DNA from: Centroscyllium fabricii
Taxonomy: Eukaryota
Direction: 5' to 3'
Assembly: GCA_051313645.2 (NCBI GenBank)
Contig: JBNRSN020000005.1
Coordinates: 257,610,001 to 257,674,000, forward strand
DNA length: 64,000 bases
Shown piece after piece: positions 48,552 to 59,958 of this stretch (its first letter is position 1; every line of letters begins with the position of its first letter). The notes beneath the pieces were generated by a model, which worked only from the letters and a program-made list of their open reading frames with translations, did no database searches and was not told the DNA's origin. The position numbers and the translations under genes are program-made.

Positions 48552-51500
48552 TTAAAAACTTTGAGTCCGGGGGGGGGGTGAATGTATAGAACAGTTCATG
48601 ATAAGTCTCTCCGGCGGTCGCGTCTGTCTGGCGGACCGCCGTGGTTCCGAAGTTGGTGGTGGTGCCCCCGTGGCCGAATAGTCTGCCTCCGTCGGTGTTG
48701 TGGTTTCAGGACGTGGTGGGTTCTGCTGAACCTCCTCTGGTGCATCGGCGGGGAAACTCGGGGCCCATCTTGTGTTTGATGGTAGGTCGACCTGCTGGCC
48801 AGCAGGAGGCGCTGTGGCGGTGGTGCCGGCCGGGGCCAGGTCCCTGATGGACACGGTGTCCTCACGCCCGTCTGGGAACTGCACAAAGGCATAGTGCGGG
48901 TTGGCGTGTAGGAGCTGTACCTTGTCCACCAGGGGGTCCGTCTTGTGGTACCGAACGTGCCGCTTAAGGAGCACTGGCCCAGGAGTCGTCAGCCATGGTG
49001 GGAGCGCCGTCCCCGAAGTTGACTTCCTGTTGAAAGAAAACACAAGATCGTGCGGGGTGGCATTAGTAGCAGTACATAATAACGACCTAATAGAGTGCAG
49101 CGCGTCTGGGAGGACTGCCTGCCAATGGGACACTGGAAGGCCTCTGGACTTGAGGGCCAGGGTGACCGCCTTCCAAATGATCCCATTTTCCCTTTCTACC
49201 TGGCCGTTCCCCCGGGGGTTATAACTGGTCGTTCTGCTCGTGGCAACCCCTTTCTGGAGCAGAAACTGGCGCAGTTCATCGCTCATGAACGATGACCCCC
49301 GGTCGCTATGGATGTAGCTGGGGAGACCGAAAATGGCGAACAGCGTGGTGAAGTGTTTTATCACCGTTGCGCTCGTCATATCTGCGCAGGGGAAGGCGAA
49401 GGGGAAGCGGGAGAACTCATCCACTACCGTGAGGAAGTATGAGTTGCGGTCAGTGGAGGGGAGGGGGCCTTTGAAGTCTACGCTGAGGCGTTCAAAGGGG
49501 CGGGTGGCCTTGATGAGGTGCGCCGTGTCTGGCTGGAAAAAGTGGGGTTTGCACTCGGCGCAGGCAGGGCAATCTCGGGTCATAGCCTTGATCTCCGTGA
49601 TGGAGTAGGGGAGGTTATGAGATTTGACATAATGGGCGAGTCTGGTGACACCCGGGTGGCAAAGGCGGTCGTGGAGGTCCTTCAGCCGGTCTAGCTGGGC
49701 ACTGGCGCACGTTCCCCTGGACAGTGCGTCCGGGGGTTCATTGAATTTACCTGGTCGGTAAAGAATGTCGTACTCGTAAGTCGAGAGTTCGATCCGCCAC
49801 CGCATGAGCTTATCATTTTTGATTTTACCCCGTAGTTTATTGTTAAACATAAACGCTACCGACCGTTGGTCGGTGAGCAGGGTAAAACGCTTACCGGCCA
49901 GGTAATGACGCCAGTAGCGTACGGCCTCCACAATGGCCTGGGCCTCCTTTTCCACTGCTGAGTGGCGAGTTTCGGGTCCCTGTAAGGTGCGGGAGAAAAA
50001 CGCTACGGGCCTGCCTGCCTGATTCAGGGTGGCAGCAAGGGCAAAGTCCGAAGCGTCAGTCTCCACCTGGAAAGGGATGGATTCATCAACAGCGAGCATG
50101 GTCGCCTTGCTGATATCTTCCTTTATCTTTTCGAATGCCTTTTGGGCTTCTATAGAAAGGGGGAAGAGTGCAGCCTTGAGGAGTGGTCTAGCCTTGTCTG
50201 CGAACTGTGGGACCCATTGTGCATAGTAGGAGAAGAATCCTAGACTTCTCCTCAAGGCTTTGGGGTTGTTAGGTAAGGGCAGTTCTAGCAGGGGTCGCAT
50301 ACGCTGTGGGTCGGGGCCGAGGACCCCGTTCTCTACCACGTATCCGAGGATGGCGAGCCGGTCTGTATTAAAGACACATTTGTCTTTGTTATACGTAAGG
50401 TCCAGCTTAGCCGCCGTGTCGAGAAATTTAGCCAGATTGGCATCGTGGTCCTGCTGGTCGTGGCCGCAGATGGTCACGTTGTCCAGGTAAGGGAAGGTGG
50501 CCTGCAAGTCATTTTGATCAACCATACGGTCCATCTCCCGCTGGAACACTGACACTCCGTTGGTCACGCCAAAGGGGACCCGGAGTAAGTGATAGAGCCG
50601 ACCGTTCGCCTCGAAGGCGGTGTAGGGGCGGTCAGTTTTCCGGATCGGGAGCTGGTGATACGCCGATTTAAGGTCGATCGTGGAGAACACCTTGTACTGG
50701 GCGATCTGATTGACCATTTCCGAGATGCGGGGAAGGGGGTAGGCGTCGAGCCCGGTGTAGCGGTTGATAGTCTGGCTGTAATCGATAACCAGCCGGTGTT
50801 TGTCGCCAGACTTCACCACTACAACTTGGGCGCGCCAGGGGCTTGTGCTGGCTTCAATAATCCCCTCCTTTAGCATCCGCCCGACCTCTGACCTGATAAA
50901 CGTGCGGTCCCCCTCGCTGTACCGCCGACTCTTAGTGGCGATAGGTTTGCACTTCGGATCGAGGTTGGCGAACAGCGAGGGGGGATCGATTTTCAGGGTG
51001 GAGAGGCCGCAGGCCGGGGTCCGCTTTGGGAGGGGGTTGTCCCGGCTACTGAGGGTGAGTGGGGGAAGGGTCCCGCCGAACTCCATTGTCACACTCCTGA
51101 AGTGGCACTGGAAGTCCAGACCTAGTAAGGCTGGGGCACACAACTGCTGGAGGGTATACAATTTAAAATTACAGTACACGCGTCCCTGAACAGTGAGCGT
51201 GACGGAGCAGTAGCCGGTGACGTCCGCGGTGTGGGACTGTGAAGCTAATGAGACTTGGTAGTTAGTGGGCAGGACCTGCAGTCCGAAGCGCCGCACTGTA
51301 TTAGGGTGGATAAAGCTCTCGGTGCTGCCCGTGTCAAAAAGGCAGTTGACCGTGTGATCGTTGATCTTGATTGGCCTTATGGAGTTAGACAGGGTATGGG
51401 GCTTGTCCTGGCTAACTGTAGGTCCGGTCGCCGCAGCCCCTGCTGAAGGGAGCTGCGCACAAAATGGCCACCCCCCTGGTGTGCACATGGAGGGGCCCTG

Positions 51501-51620
51501 GAAACAAAATGGCCGCCCCCCTGGCTCGCACGTGGGGGGGGCCTGACAAGATGGCCGCCCCCCTGGCTCGCACATGGGGGGGCCCTGAAAACAAGATGGC
51601 CGCCCCCCTTGATCGCACAT
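48552..51620 (-). CDS. pol: Uninterrupted pol (PR-RT-RH-IN), 1022 aa
   Basis: CLFDTGS; YLDN; VETDAS..EKEA..TDQ..PDALSR; HPG..CPAC; D..D..E (DFKGP, SDRG, VERE). Confidence 0.9.
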   Translation of the reverse strand: MCDQGGRPSCFQGPPMCEPGGRPSCQAPPTCEPGGRPFCFQGPSMCTPGGWPFCAQLPSAGAAATGPTVSQDKPHTLSNSIRPIKINDHTVNCLFDTGSTESFIHPNTVRRFGLQVLPTNYQVSLASQSHTADVTGYCSVTLTVQGRVYCNFKLYTLQQLCAPALLGLDFQCHFRSVTMEFGGTLPPLTLSSRDNPLPKRTPACGLSTLKIDPPSLFANLDPKCKPIATKSRRYSEGDRTFIRSEVGRMLKEGIIEASTSPWRAQVVVVKSGDKHRLVIDYSQTINRYTGLDAYPLPRISEMVNQIAQYKVFSTIDLKSAYHQLPIRKTDRPYTAFEANGRLYHLLRVPFGVTNGVSVFQREMDRMVDQNDLQATFPYLDNVTICGHDQQDHDANLAKFLDTAAKLDLTYNKDKCVFNTDRLAILGYVVENGVLGPDPQRMRPLLELPLPNNPKALRRSLGFFSYYAQWVPQFADKARPLLKAALFPLSIEAQKAFEKIKEDISKATMLAVDESIPFQVETDASDFALAATLNQAGRPVAFFSRTLQGPETRHSAVEKEAQAIVEAVRYWRHYLAGKRFTLLTDQRSVAFMFNNKLRGKIKNDKLMRWRIELSTYEYDILYRPGKFNEPPDALSRGTCASAQLDRLKDLHDRLCHPGVTRLAHYVKSHNLPYSITEIKAMTRDCPACAECKPHFFQPDTAHLIKATRPFERLSVDFKGPLPSTDRNSYFLTVVDEFSRFPFAFPCADMTSATVIKHFTTLFAIFGLPSYIHSDRGSSFMSDELRQFLLQKGVATSRTTSYNPRGNGQVERENGIIWKAVTLALKSRGLPVSHWQAVLPDALHSIRSLLCTATNATPHDLVFSFNRKSTSGTALPPWLTTPGPVLLKRHVRYHKTDPLVDKVQLLHANPHYAFVQFPDGREDTVSIRDLAPAGTTATAPPAGQQVDLPSNTRWAPSFPADAPEEVQQNPPRPETTTPTEADYSATGAPPPTSEPRRSARQTRPPERLIMNCSIHSPPPRTQSF

Positions 51621-52385
51621 GGAGGGGCCCTGTATACAAAATGGCCGCCCCCCTGGCTCGCACGTGGAGGGGACCTGACAAAATGGCCGCCCCTCACAAA
51701 ATGGCCGCCCCCCTGGCTCGCACGTGGAGGGGACCTGACAAAATGGCCGCCCCTCACAAAATGGCCGCCCCCCACAAAATGGCCGCCCCCTTGACTCTCA
51801 CGTGGAGGGACCTGGGGGAAGACAAGATGCCCGCCCCCCTGACTTGCACAATGAGGGACCTGGGGGAGGACAAGATGAGATTAGTGTCGGCTGCTCGCAC
51901 ATCGAGGGACCTGGGGGAAGACAAAATGAGGTTAGTACAGCTTCTGCTTTGCCCTCGGCGACCCGCTGTGCAGGCTCTGGCGGCGCTGGGGTTAGTACAG
52001 CTTCTGCTGCTTTGTCCTCGGCGACCCGCTGTGCAGGCTCTGGCGGCGCTGGCTGTGAACGCGCTGCCGCTTTTGACCCGGTTAGTACAGCTTCTGCTGC
52101 TTTGTCCTCGGCGACCCGCTGTGCAGGGTCTGGCGGCGCTGGCTGTAAACGCGCTGCCGCTTTTGACCGCGTCGCTGGCGGGGCCCGTGATTCGCACGCA
52201 GCCAGCCGCTGTTGAGGCGCGGTGCCCGTGTTTCTCCCGCAGCCGGCCGCGTAGGAGGGTCGCGTCCGGCTGGTTGCCGTTGCGTCGGGGGGGGGCCGCT
52301 GTTGAGGCGCGGTGCCCGTGTTTCGCACGCAGCCGGCCACGTAGGAGGGTCGCGTTCGGCTGGTTGCCGTTGCATCGGGGGGGGG
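51461..52385 (-). repeat. Compound tandem repeats in the gag-pol linker, including ~10 AA(A/G)ATGGCC motifs
   Basis: Motifs at 51461, 51506, 51548, 51593, 51638, 51680, 51698, 51740, 51758, 51776; further ~60-90-bp duplications upstream. Confidence 0.85.
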
Positions 52386-53241
52386 GCGCTTGCCGTCGGG
52401 ATAAAGCACTGCTATTGCAGCTTACCTGCTGGTCCTGGGAGCTCTCACAGGCACTGTTGTACCTTCTTGGTGCTGCAGCTGCTGGGCTGGATCTGCAGAC
52501 CTTAGAGAAGTGTCCCTTTTTGGAGCATTTATCACAGGTCGCCGTCTTGGCTGGGCACTTTGCCCTGGGGTGCCATCCTTTGCCGCAACAATAACAAAGT
52601 TTCGGCTTAGTGTCCGTGGTGGCCGTCGCGGCCATGGTGGGGCTCTCAATCCGTGGCGCTTGTTGGGTCGCAGCCCAAATGTTGTGAGCTTGATAGCTGG
52701 CCCCACCGTACATCTGAGATTTGTTGCGGGCCCCTTCCACCGTGTTTGCTAGCGCGGTTGCCTCTTCAAAGGTCAGGCTTTCCTTTTCCAGTAGCCTCTG
52801 ACGTGCGGTTGCGCATCTTAGTCCTGAGACGAAGGCGTCTCGGAGGAGGAGGTTTTCCTCCTGTAGCAGAGTCGTGTGACCCGTACAGCCACAGGCCTTT
52901 ATCATGCCCCGGAGTGCTTGTGCAAACTCGTTGTTTGACTCACCGGGTAGTTGAGGTCGGGTCGCTAGTAGGTGGCGGGCGTAGACTTTGTGAGCAGGGC
53001 GCTCGTAGTACTCCTTGAGGGTAGCCACCGTGTCTTCGTACGTTGTGTGGTCCTCGATGAGGGAGAAAACCCTGCTGGAGATCTTTGACAGCAGTACTTT
53101 GAGTTTTTGCGCACCCGATTCAGCCTTGGCGACTTCCATATAGTTCTCCAGCACTCTGAACCAGAGCTTGAAGGTGATCGGTGCTGTGGCATCCTGGGGG
53201 CTGATGTCCAGTACCCGAGGGCTTACCGCTTTGCTCTCCAT
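51754..53241 (-). CDS. gag: gag, two Zn knuckles
   Basis: MESKAVSPRVL..; CYCCGKGWHPRAKC; CDKCSKKGHFSKVC. Confidence 0.88.
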   Translation of the reverse strand: MESKAVSPRVLDISPQDATAPITFKLWFRVLENYMEVAKAESGAQKLKVLLSKISSRVFSLIEDHTTYEDTVATLKEYYERPAHKVYARHLLATRPQLPGESNNEFAQALRGMIKACGCTGHTTLLQEENLLLRDAFVSGLRCATARQRLLEKESLTFEEATALANTVEGARNKSQMYGGASYQAHNIWAATQQAPRIESPTMAATATTDTKPKLCYCCGKGWHPRAKCPAKTATCDKCSKKGHFSKVCRSSPAAAAPRRYNSACESSQDQQVSCNSSALSRRQAPPPRCNGNQPNATLLRGRLRAKHGHRASTAAPPRRNGNQPDATLLRGRLREKHGHRASTAAGCVRITGPASDAVKSGSAFTASAARPCTAGRRGQSSRSCTNRVKSGSAFTASAARACTAGRRGQSSRSCTNPSAARACTAGRRGQSRSCTNLILSSPRSLDVRAADTNLILSSPRSLIVQVRGAGILSSPRSLHVRVKGAAILWGAAIL

Positions 53242-54146
53242 TGTAAATTTATTAATTAAAATTGTAGCGTGGTCGCTAACCTAATTAAAAGTCGACTCGT
53301 AGTTACAGTTAATACTAGGCTTTTAATTAATAAAGAATGGAGGTATCTCCTTGGCAGATTACATACAGGAATGAAAGGGGCTGGGTCAGACCACACCTTT
53401 ATAGTGCTCCCACCTGGGGGGAGGAGTCGGGGGTGTGGCTGACCTGGCTCCCAGTAACATCTTAGCACACAGGTATACAACAATGGTAACCCATATAAGG
53501 GTTACCCATATAAGGGTTATAAGGGTTACCACACTGTATATATGCTGTTAAGTGGTTGTTGTAAAAGTTGCCAAGGACAAAAGGTTGTGCTGAAAGGTGT
53601 CATGGCCTGCTCAATACTAAAAAAAGAGGGAACATTGCTCCCCTCTTCTTTTAAACAATTCTCTTAAATCTGTGGTCTCTGGTTACTGACCCTCCTGCCA
53701 GTGGAAACAGTTTCTCCCTGTTTATTCTATCAGAACCCCTCATAATTTTGAACACATTGGCCTCGATAATAACCGACAGTCTGGCTGGCGGATGGGATGG
53801 GGAAAGCAGCCAGGGAGCAGGGTGGGAGCGGGGTAGGGTGCAGAAGAGCGTTGGACAATGCTGAGAGGGGGAAGAGAGTTGGATATCACGGGGGAGAGGG
53901 TGGTCACCGATCACAGGGGTATGATCGTGGGGGGAGCTTGGTGGGCCGGGGGGAAACACTCCTGCTCTGCCTGGCCCACAAGCAGTGCTGTAACGGGACT
54001 TACATGATGGATCCAGCCCTTCATTTCGGGAAACCTGGCCGCCAAGCGTTGCAACTAAAAGTTCAGTTAAATTGGAGGCACGCAGCCTCCTTAAAACGTA
54101 AGAAGTCACACAACACCAGGTTATAGTCCAACAGTTTTATTTTAAA

Positions 54147-54183
54147 TCACAAGCTTTCGGAACGCTACTCCTTCGTCAGGTGA
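54147..54183 (-). ncRNA. Minimal type I hammerhead ribozyme motif (Penelope-associated)
   Basis: TCAC-CTGACGA-AGGAG(tagcg)TTCC-GAAA-GCTT-GTGA: intact core, stems I/II, palindromic stem III. Confidence 0.65.
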
Positions 54184-54192
54184 AAGAGAAGT

Positions 54193-54592
54193 TAGAAACA
54201 TAGAAGATAGGAGCAGGAGCAGGCCACCCGGCCCCCCGAGCCCGCCCCGCCATTCAACGAGATCATGGCTGATCATCCAATCCCAGCACCCCGCCCCTGC
54301 CCCGTCCCCATATCCCTCGATCCCTATCGAGCCTGCACCGACACATATCCAACCCATCCCCGTAACCCCACATATTTAATCCCCCTAACACTAAGGGTCA
54401 ATTTATCCTGGCCAATCAACCTAACCCGCACATCTTTGGACTGTGGGAGGAAACCGGAGCACCCGGAGGAAACCCACGCAGACACGGGGAGAATGTGCAA
54501 ACTCCACACAGATAGTACCCGAGGCTGGATTTGAACCCGGGTCTCTAGTGCTGTAAGGCAACAGTGCTAACCACTATGCCACCGTGCCGCCC
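54193..54592 (-). mobile_element. HE1-type V-SINE
   Basis: As 789-1193. Confidence 0.88.
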
Positions 54593-55656
54593 TCTCTCCC
54601 ACATCTCACCTTGATGTGATCCATCATGTAAGTCCCGTTACAGCACTGCTTGTGCGCCAGGCTTAGCAGTTTCTCCCCGGCCCACCAAGCTCCCCCCACG
54701 ATCATACCCCTGTGATCGGTGACCACCCTCTCCCCCGTGATATCCAACTCTCTTCCCCCTCTCTGTATTGATGTGGTGAGATGTGGGAGAGATCAGATTT
54801 CGCTCTCCCTTGCATATGTGCTTTCTTTGGATCAACTTCTCTTCCACCTGACGAAGGGGCAGACGCTCCAAAAGCTTGTGATTTAAAATAAAACTTTTGG
54901 ACTATAGCCTGGTGTTGTGTGACTTCTTGCATTTGTCCACCCCAGTCCAACACCGGCACCTCCACATCATCCTTAAAATGTGTTGGTGACCGACCCGCCT
55001 CCAGAGAACGGGTTGGTCGTCCGTCCGTCCCAACCCACCTCCATTAAAACCGACGTGGACGGGTTTGGGTTGGTTGCACATTTTTTATATTGTTTTTTAA
55101 ACCCCCATCCTCCCTGGGGGTTCAAATTACCCCCATTAGTTCACTAAAATATTATAAACCAATGGCAATTCAGTAAAAGAATCTTCCTTTAACTTTGCAG
55201 ACCAGTAAAACATCCATCTGTCGTCATGACCACATAGATCAGTGGTTTTGACTGGCTGCCCAGAAATTATGGTTAGCAGTATTGGCTGAAATGTTCATAT
55301 AACATTCTTTTATTCACTATTTAATGGAAGCACTAACCACTTCATTTCCGACTGGTTAGTAATCTTTAAAATAATAGGCAGAGGAATCACAAAACAGGGC
55401 CAGGCCTACGATCCAAACTCCTGGGTGGGAATGCTATCCATTCCGGCCAGCATGCTGTTGGGTATTAAAATTGGGCCTAAACAGATTAAGTATACCCGAG
55501 TATCACAAACAGTCATTCCTAGGCTCATATCAGAAGGGTTTGGTTCTGATATGAGATTAAAAAAAACACAAACCCTGGAAATCTGAAATGAAGTAAATGC
55601 AGAGTAGGTAGGTCAGCACTGGAAAGAGGAGCGAGATTAAGATTTCATGTGGGACA

Positions 55657-57222
55657 TGACGTATCGTCAATCAAACACGAAAGACGAGTAGTTACCCAAA
55701 CTACAGACTTTTATTCACTTACAATGGAGCTAGTCTCCTGTCGAGTTCAAGGCAAGAATGAGCGGGGGCAGGGCGGCCCTCACCTATAAGCTCCCATCTG
55801 AGGGGAGGAGTTAGAGGTGTGGCTGACCTGGCCTTGCATACAATGTAGAGTTGAAGGTGAACACATCCATATATATACACACAATGTACAGAGCTGAAGG
55901 TGAACACATCCATATATATACACTGGTAATTACGGTTACCACATTCACCCCTGCTTTAAAAACAAGTCCGGCGGGGTGAACGAGAGAAGAGAGAGAAAAA
56001 AACCCCAAAAAATGTAATGTGTCCATTAGACGCAATCAGCACTGCGCTATTAGTCTCTCCGGCGGTCGCGTCTCCCTCGAGGACCGCCGGGGTGCAGGTA
56101 ACGGTGGTGGTGCCGGTTGCAGGGCCGGGATCGGGCTCTCCACCAACGGTGCCGGCGGTGCGGTGTCCGATCCTGGGTTGTTGATCAGTGTTGTTGAGGG
56201 CCCCGGTGTGTGTATGTATGGGGGCCAGTATTCGGTGGGTGGTGGCTGGTCGGGCTGAGGCTCGACCGGGGGTTCTGCCCTAGTACTCCTGGCGGGCGCC
56301 AGGTCCCTGATCGAGACTGTGTCCTCGCGCCCGTCCGGGAATGTCACGTAGGCATACTGTGGGTTAGCGTGGAGCAGGTGCACCCGTTCCACCAGGTGGT
56401 CGGTCTTGTGGCCGCGGACGTGTTTCCTAAGCAACACCGGCCCCTGCGCTGTGAGCCACAGCGGGAGTGCTGTCCCCGAAGTCGACTTCCTGGGGAAGGA
56501 AAATAACAGGTCGTGAGGTGTTGAATTGGTAGCGGTACACAACAGAGAGCGAATGGCATGGAGCGCGTCTGGGAGGACCTCCTGCCAACGGGAAACTGGA
56601 AGGCCTCTGGACTTCAGGCCCAGGTTGTCGTCTGATCACCAGAACATGCCTGGCATAGACCGAGTGGGCTGGGCGCATGTAGCAGTCCTTTAGTTTTTTC
56701 ACCGCTTCCCCGTACGTCTTGAGGCCACGGATAAAGGAACACACCCGGCCGCTGTTCCGTGATGAGAGTACCTGGAGTTTGTCCTCATCACTTGTTGCCT
56801 TTACGGCCTTCATGTAGGCCTCGACCAGGCCGAACCAGTGTTCAAAGTTATTAGCAGCATCGGGTGCCTGAGGATTGATATTGAGGCGATTCGGTTTCAC
56901 TGCGTTACTCTCCATGTTTTAAATTTAAGTGAATAAAATTAACGTATCGTCAATCAAACACGAAAGACGAGTAGTTACCCAAACTACAGGCTTTTATTCA
57001 CTTACAATGGAGCTAGTCTCCTGTCGAGTTCAAGGCGAGAATGAGCGGGGGCAGGGTGGCCCTCGCCTATAAGCTCCCACCTGAGGGGAGGAGTTTGAGG
57101 TGTGGCTGACCTGGCCTTGCAAACAATGTAGAGTTGAAGGTGAACACATCCATATATATACAATGTACAGAGCTGAAGGTGAACACATCCATATGTATAC
57201 ACTGGTAATTACGGTTACCACA
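55657..57222 (-). mobile_element. Internally deleted Mag-like LTR element 4 (gag N-terminus fused to IN 3' end)
   Basis: LTRs 55657-55943 and 56940-57222; perfect TSD GGACA; deletion junction ~56625. Confidence 0.93.
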
Positions 57223-57647
57223 GGACACTTCACAGTTCTGATGAAATTGAATCCCCCCCTCTCTACCTCTTTCCTTCTTCAAGACGCTCCTTAAAATCCA
57301 CTTCTGAACAAGTTTCTGTCCTAATATCTCCTAATGTGGTTCGGTGTCAAATTTTGTCTGATAACGCTTCTGTGAAGCTCCTTGGGGACGTTTAACTATG
57401 TTAAAGGTGCTATATAAATGCAAGTTGTTGTTAGTCTCATTTTCCTTTGCGATGGTGATCATGACCGGCCCGCTGAGTATTTATTATGAGGGTTGAGCAG
57501 ATGATAGTGAGGGGAACACTGCCAACTCGGCAAGATTTACTGGGCCAGATCATCTCATGAATGAGGAAGTTAATCCAATAAAGCAAATATTTCTGTTCGT
57601 ACTTTTGTGGGTATTGTGTTTGGACTTACTTCAGGAGCATTATTTTG

Positions 57648-57670
57648 ACACACACACACACACACACACA
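57648..57670. repeat. (CA)n microsatellite
   Basis: Direct read. Confidence 0.9.
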
Positions 57671-57677
57671 GACAATA

Positions 57678-58155
57678 GTGTCAGTTTGACTCAGTGGCAG
57701 TATGAAGCACTCTTGGATCTGAGGGTTTAAGGCCGAGTCCATGGCTTCAGTACACAATTTAGGCTGGTACTTCACTGCAGTCCTGAGGGAGTGCTGCATT
57801 GTTAGAGGTGCCATCTTTCAGATGGGATGTTAAACCAAGGCTCCAACTGCTAATTCAGGTAGACATGAAAGATTTGCCCCCACCCCCATGACACTATTTG
57901 AAGTGGGATAGGGAGGGGTCCTGGCTAACATTTATCCCTCAAACAACAACGTGCATTTATATAGCACAACATCCAGACGTTTTAATCAGAGAAAAATTGA
58001 CACACCAAAGCAGATAAACTGGTCATTTACCCCATTCACCGTTTGTGGAGCCTTGCCTTGCGCAAAGTGCCATCTGCATTCCTTTGCGTTACCAAGTGAT
58101 GAGACTTTAGAAGTAATTCTTTGGCTGTGAAATGCGCTTTATAAATTCAAGCTCC
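57678..58155 (+). mobile_element. Old SacSINE1/DeuSINE
   Basis: ctcagtgg head; ctgagggagtgctgcattgttagaggtgccatctttcagatg Deu domain. Confidence 0.7.
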
Positions 58156-59958
58156 TTCCTACTTCTATATCAAACTCTCTACTTGCTCAGAATAACATCA
58201 TATTTTGTTGTCCAGTCCACATATTGAAAACATGAGATGTAGCATTAATTTTAATGGAAATTGAAACCAGACTGATAACTTTGACAGCTACTATATGCAA
58301 TGGTGCACTGATATTTCTAGATTGGAGCAATTAGCTTTCAAAGGCATCGCCAGTATCTTGAGTCTCAACTAAAGTGCTTATACCATCACTGCTTTAAGTT
58401 AAGTTTATTACAATACACCAGGGATCAAAATAATCGCATCGAGCCAGCAGGCATGCACAATCAAGTTTGCACTAATCACAGATCATGGCACAAATAATAT
58501 TAAAGCTTTTTCGTGACTTTGCTGATTTCTTTAGGCACTCGTGAGGCCATGGATCAGCCTGCTGTGAAACGGTTCTTTGTGTCTGTGGGTCGAACATCAT
58601 TCAATGTTGTATCTTTGAGCAGCTGGAATTCAGTGGAGACAATTGCCAGCTTTCAACGACATGTTCCACAAACAAGTGGATTTTGTCCATTATTTTGATC
58701 CCTCTTCACAGTAACGCTAACCAAGCATCCCACAATTTCATCAACTACTTTCCAAAGAATAAAACGTTTATGGTAAGTACTTACATTTGTAATAGGATGT
58801 AATTGCACATAAAATCTATTTTATTAGGAGTGGTTCAATTAATAGAAAAGCTAAAGGTCAACATTCTCTCAATAGCAAGTTATTCATATTAGCAATATTA
58901 CAAAAAATTATTCTTCATTTTATCAGGATCACTGGGCTCAACTTTCAACTCTGGCGAGTAAACCAGGCAATATCGGAACGGCCACCTGTTATACACCACG
59001 CCCAATTTTACTCTCCACTCTCTTTAGCAGCATCTCTCTTCTCCCCCCCGCCCCTCCCCCCTCCCCCCGCCCCCCCCACCCCCGGCCACCCACCTCCCTT
59101 CCAAACAGGATCTCCTCTCCCTTCGGAGAAAAGTCCCCTCTCTGCCATCTGCAAAGTCTCTCGTTACATAACAGGGTCATGATGAAACTATAAAAGCTTT
59201 CTATCTTTCCCTGTAACTGTTTGTATTTCTTTGTCTCCCGGTCACTGGTTTTCTGTGTTTTTTCCCCCCACTATCTTCCTCTCATTCACTTACCCTCATT
59301 ATCATTTCCACTCCTTGTGCCTGTGTCCATCCCTATTGTTGTTCAAAGATAAAGGGTTTAGTATTCAGGGCTGAAACATCATGCTTGTACTTATACTGGT
59401 CTCAGATCCTGAGCCCCCTCCCTCTGTTACACTCTGCACAAGCTCCACAACTTCAACTTGACATGGAGGCTGAAGATTTTGGCCAGGCACTTTGCCCCCG
59501 CCCTGTTCTCACTGACAGCATACTCAGAAAAATACTGCAAAAGATAGAAATTACATTCCCCCCCCCCCCCCCCCCCCACCGCCATAATTGCTCTCCCTTC
59601 CATCTCAACTAGGTCCACCTAGTCCCAACAAGCTCTCTCTTTCCACCCCCACAACAGCACCTTTTGCTCTCTTGCTTATGCCCCACTGCTCAATGGGGTC
59701 TTTCTCTGCCATTTGTTCTTCCATGCTAATAGCATCTCCTCTTTATACTCTCTCTCCAAAAATGGTCTCTCGCTCTCTTCGCCCCCTCCTGTTTGGAGAG
59801 ACGCTCAATATTCTCACTCTCTCTCCCACTTTCCAAATTCTCTGTCTCTCTCTATTCCCTCCCTTATCCTTCCTTTCACACACTGACCTTGGTGTTGTTA
59901 CTGCAGGTGACCAGGCAGCTCAGGAATGCGTCTCCAGGTTTTGTATCAAATTACTGCT

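Larger units (their letters stand above)
48270..53533 (-). mobile_element. Mag-like Ty3/gypsy LTR retrotransposon 3 (near intact)
   Basis: 271-bp LTRs 48270-48540 and 53263-53533 (4 differences seen); perfect TSD CTGTA; PPT. Confidence 0.96.
54100..54969. mobile_element. Penelope-type inverted insertion with captured local DNA
   Basis: Arms ~54100-54192 / ~54835-54969; TSD TCCTTAAAACGT / TCCTTAAAATGT. Confidence 0.78.
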
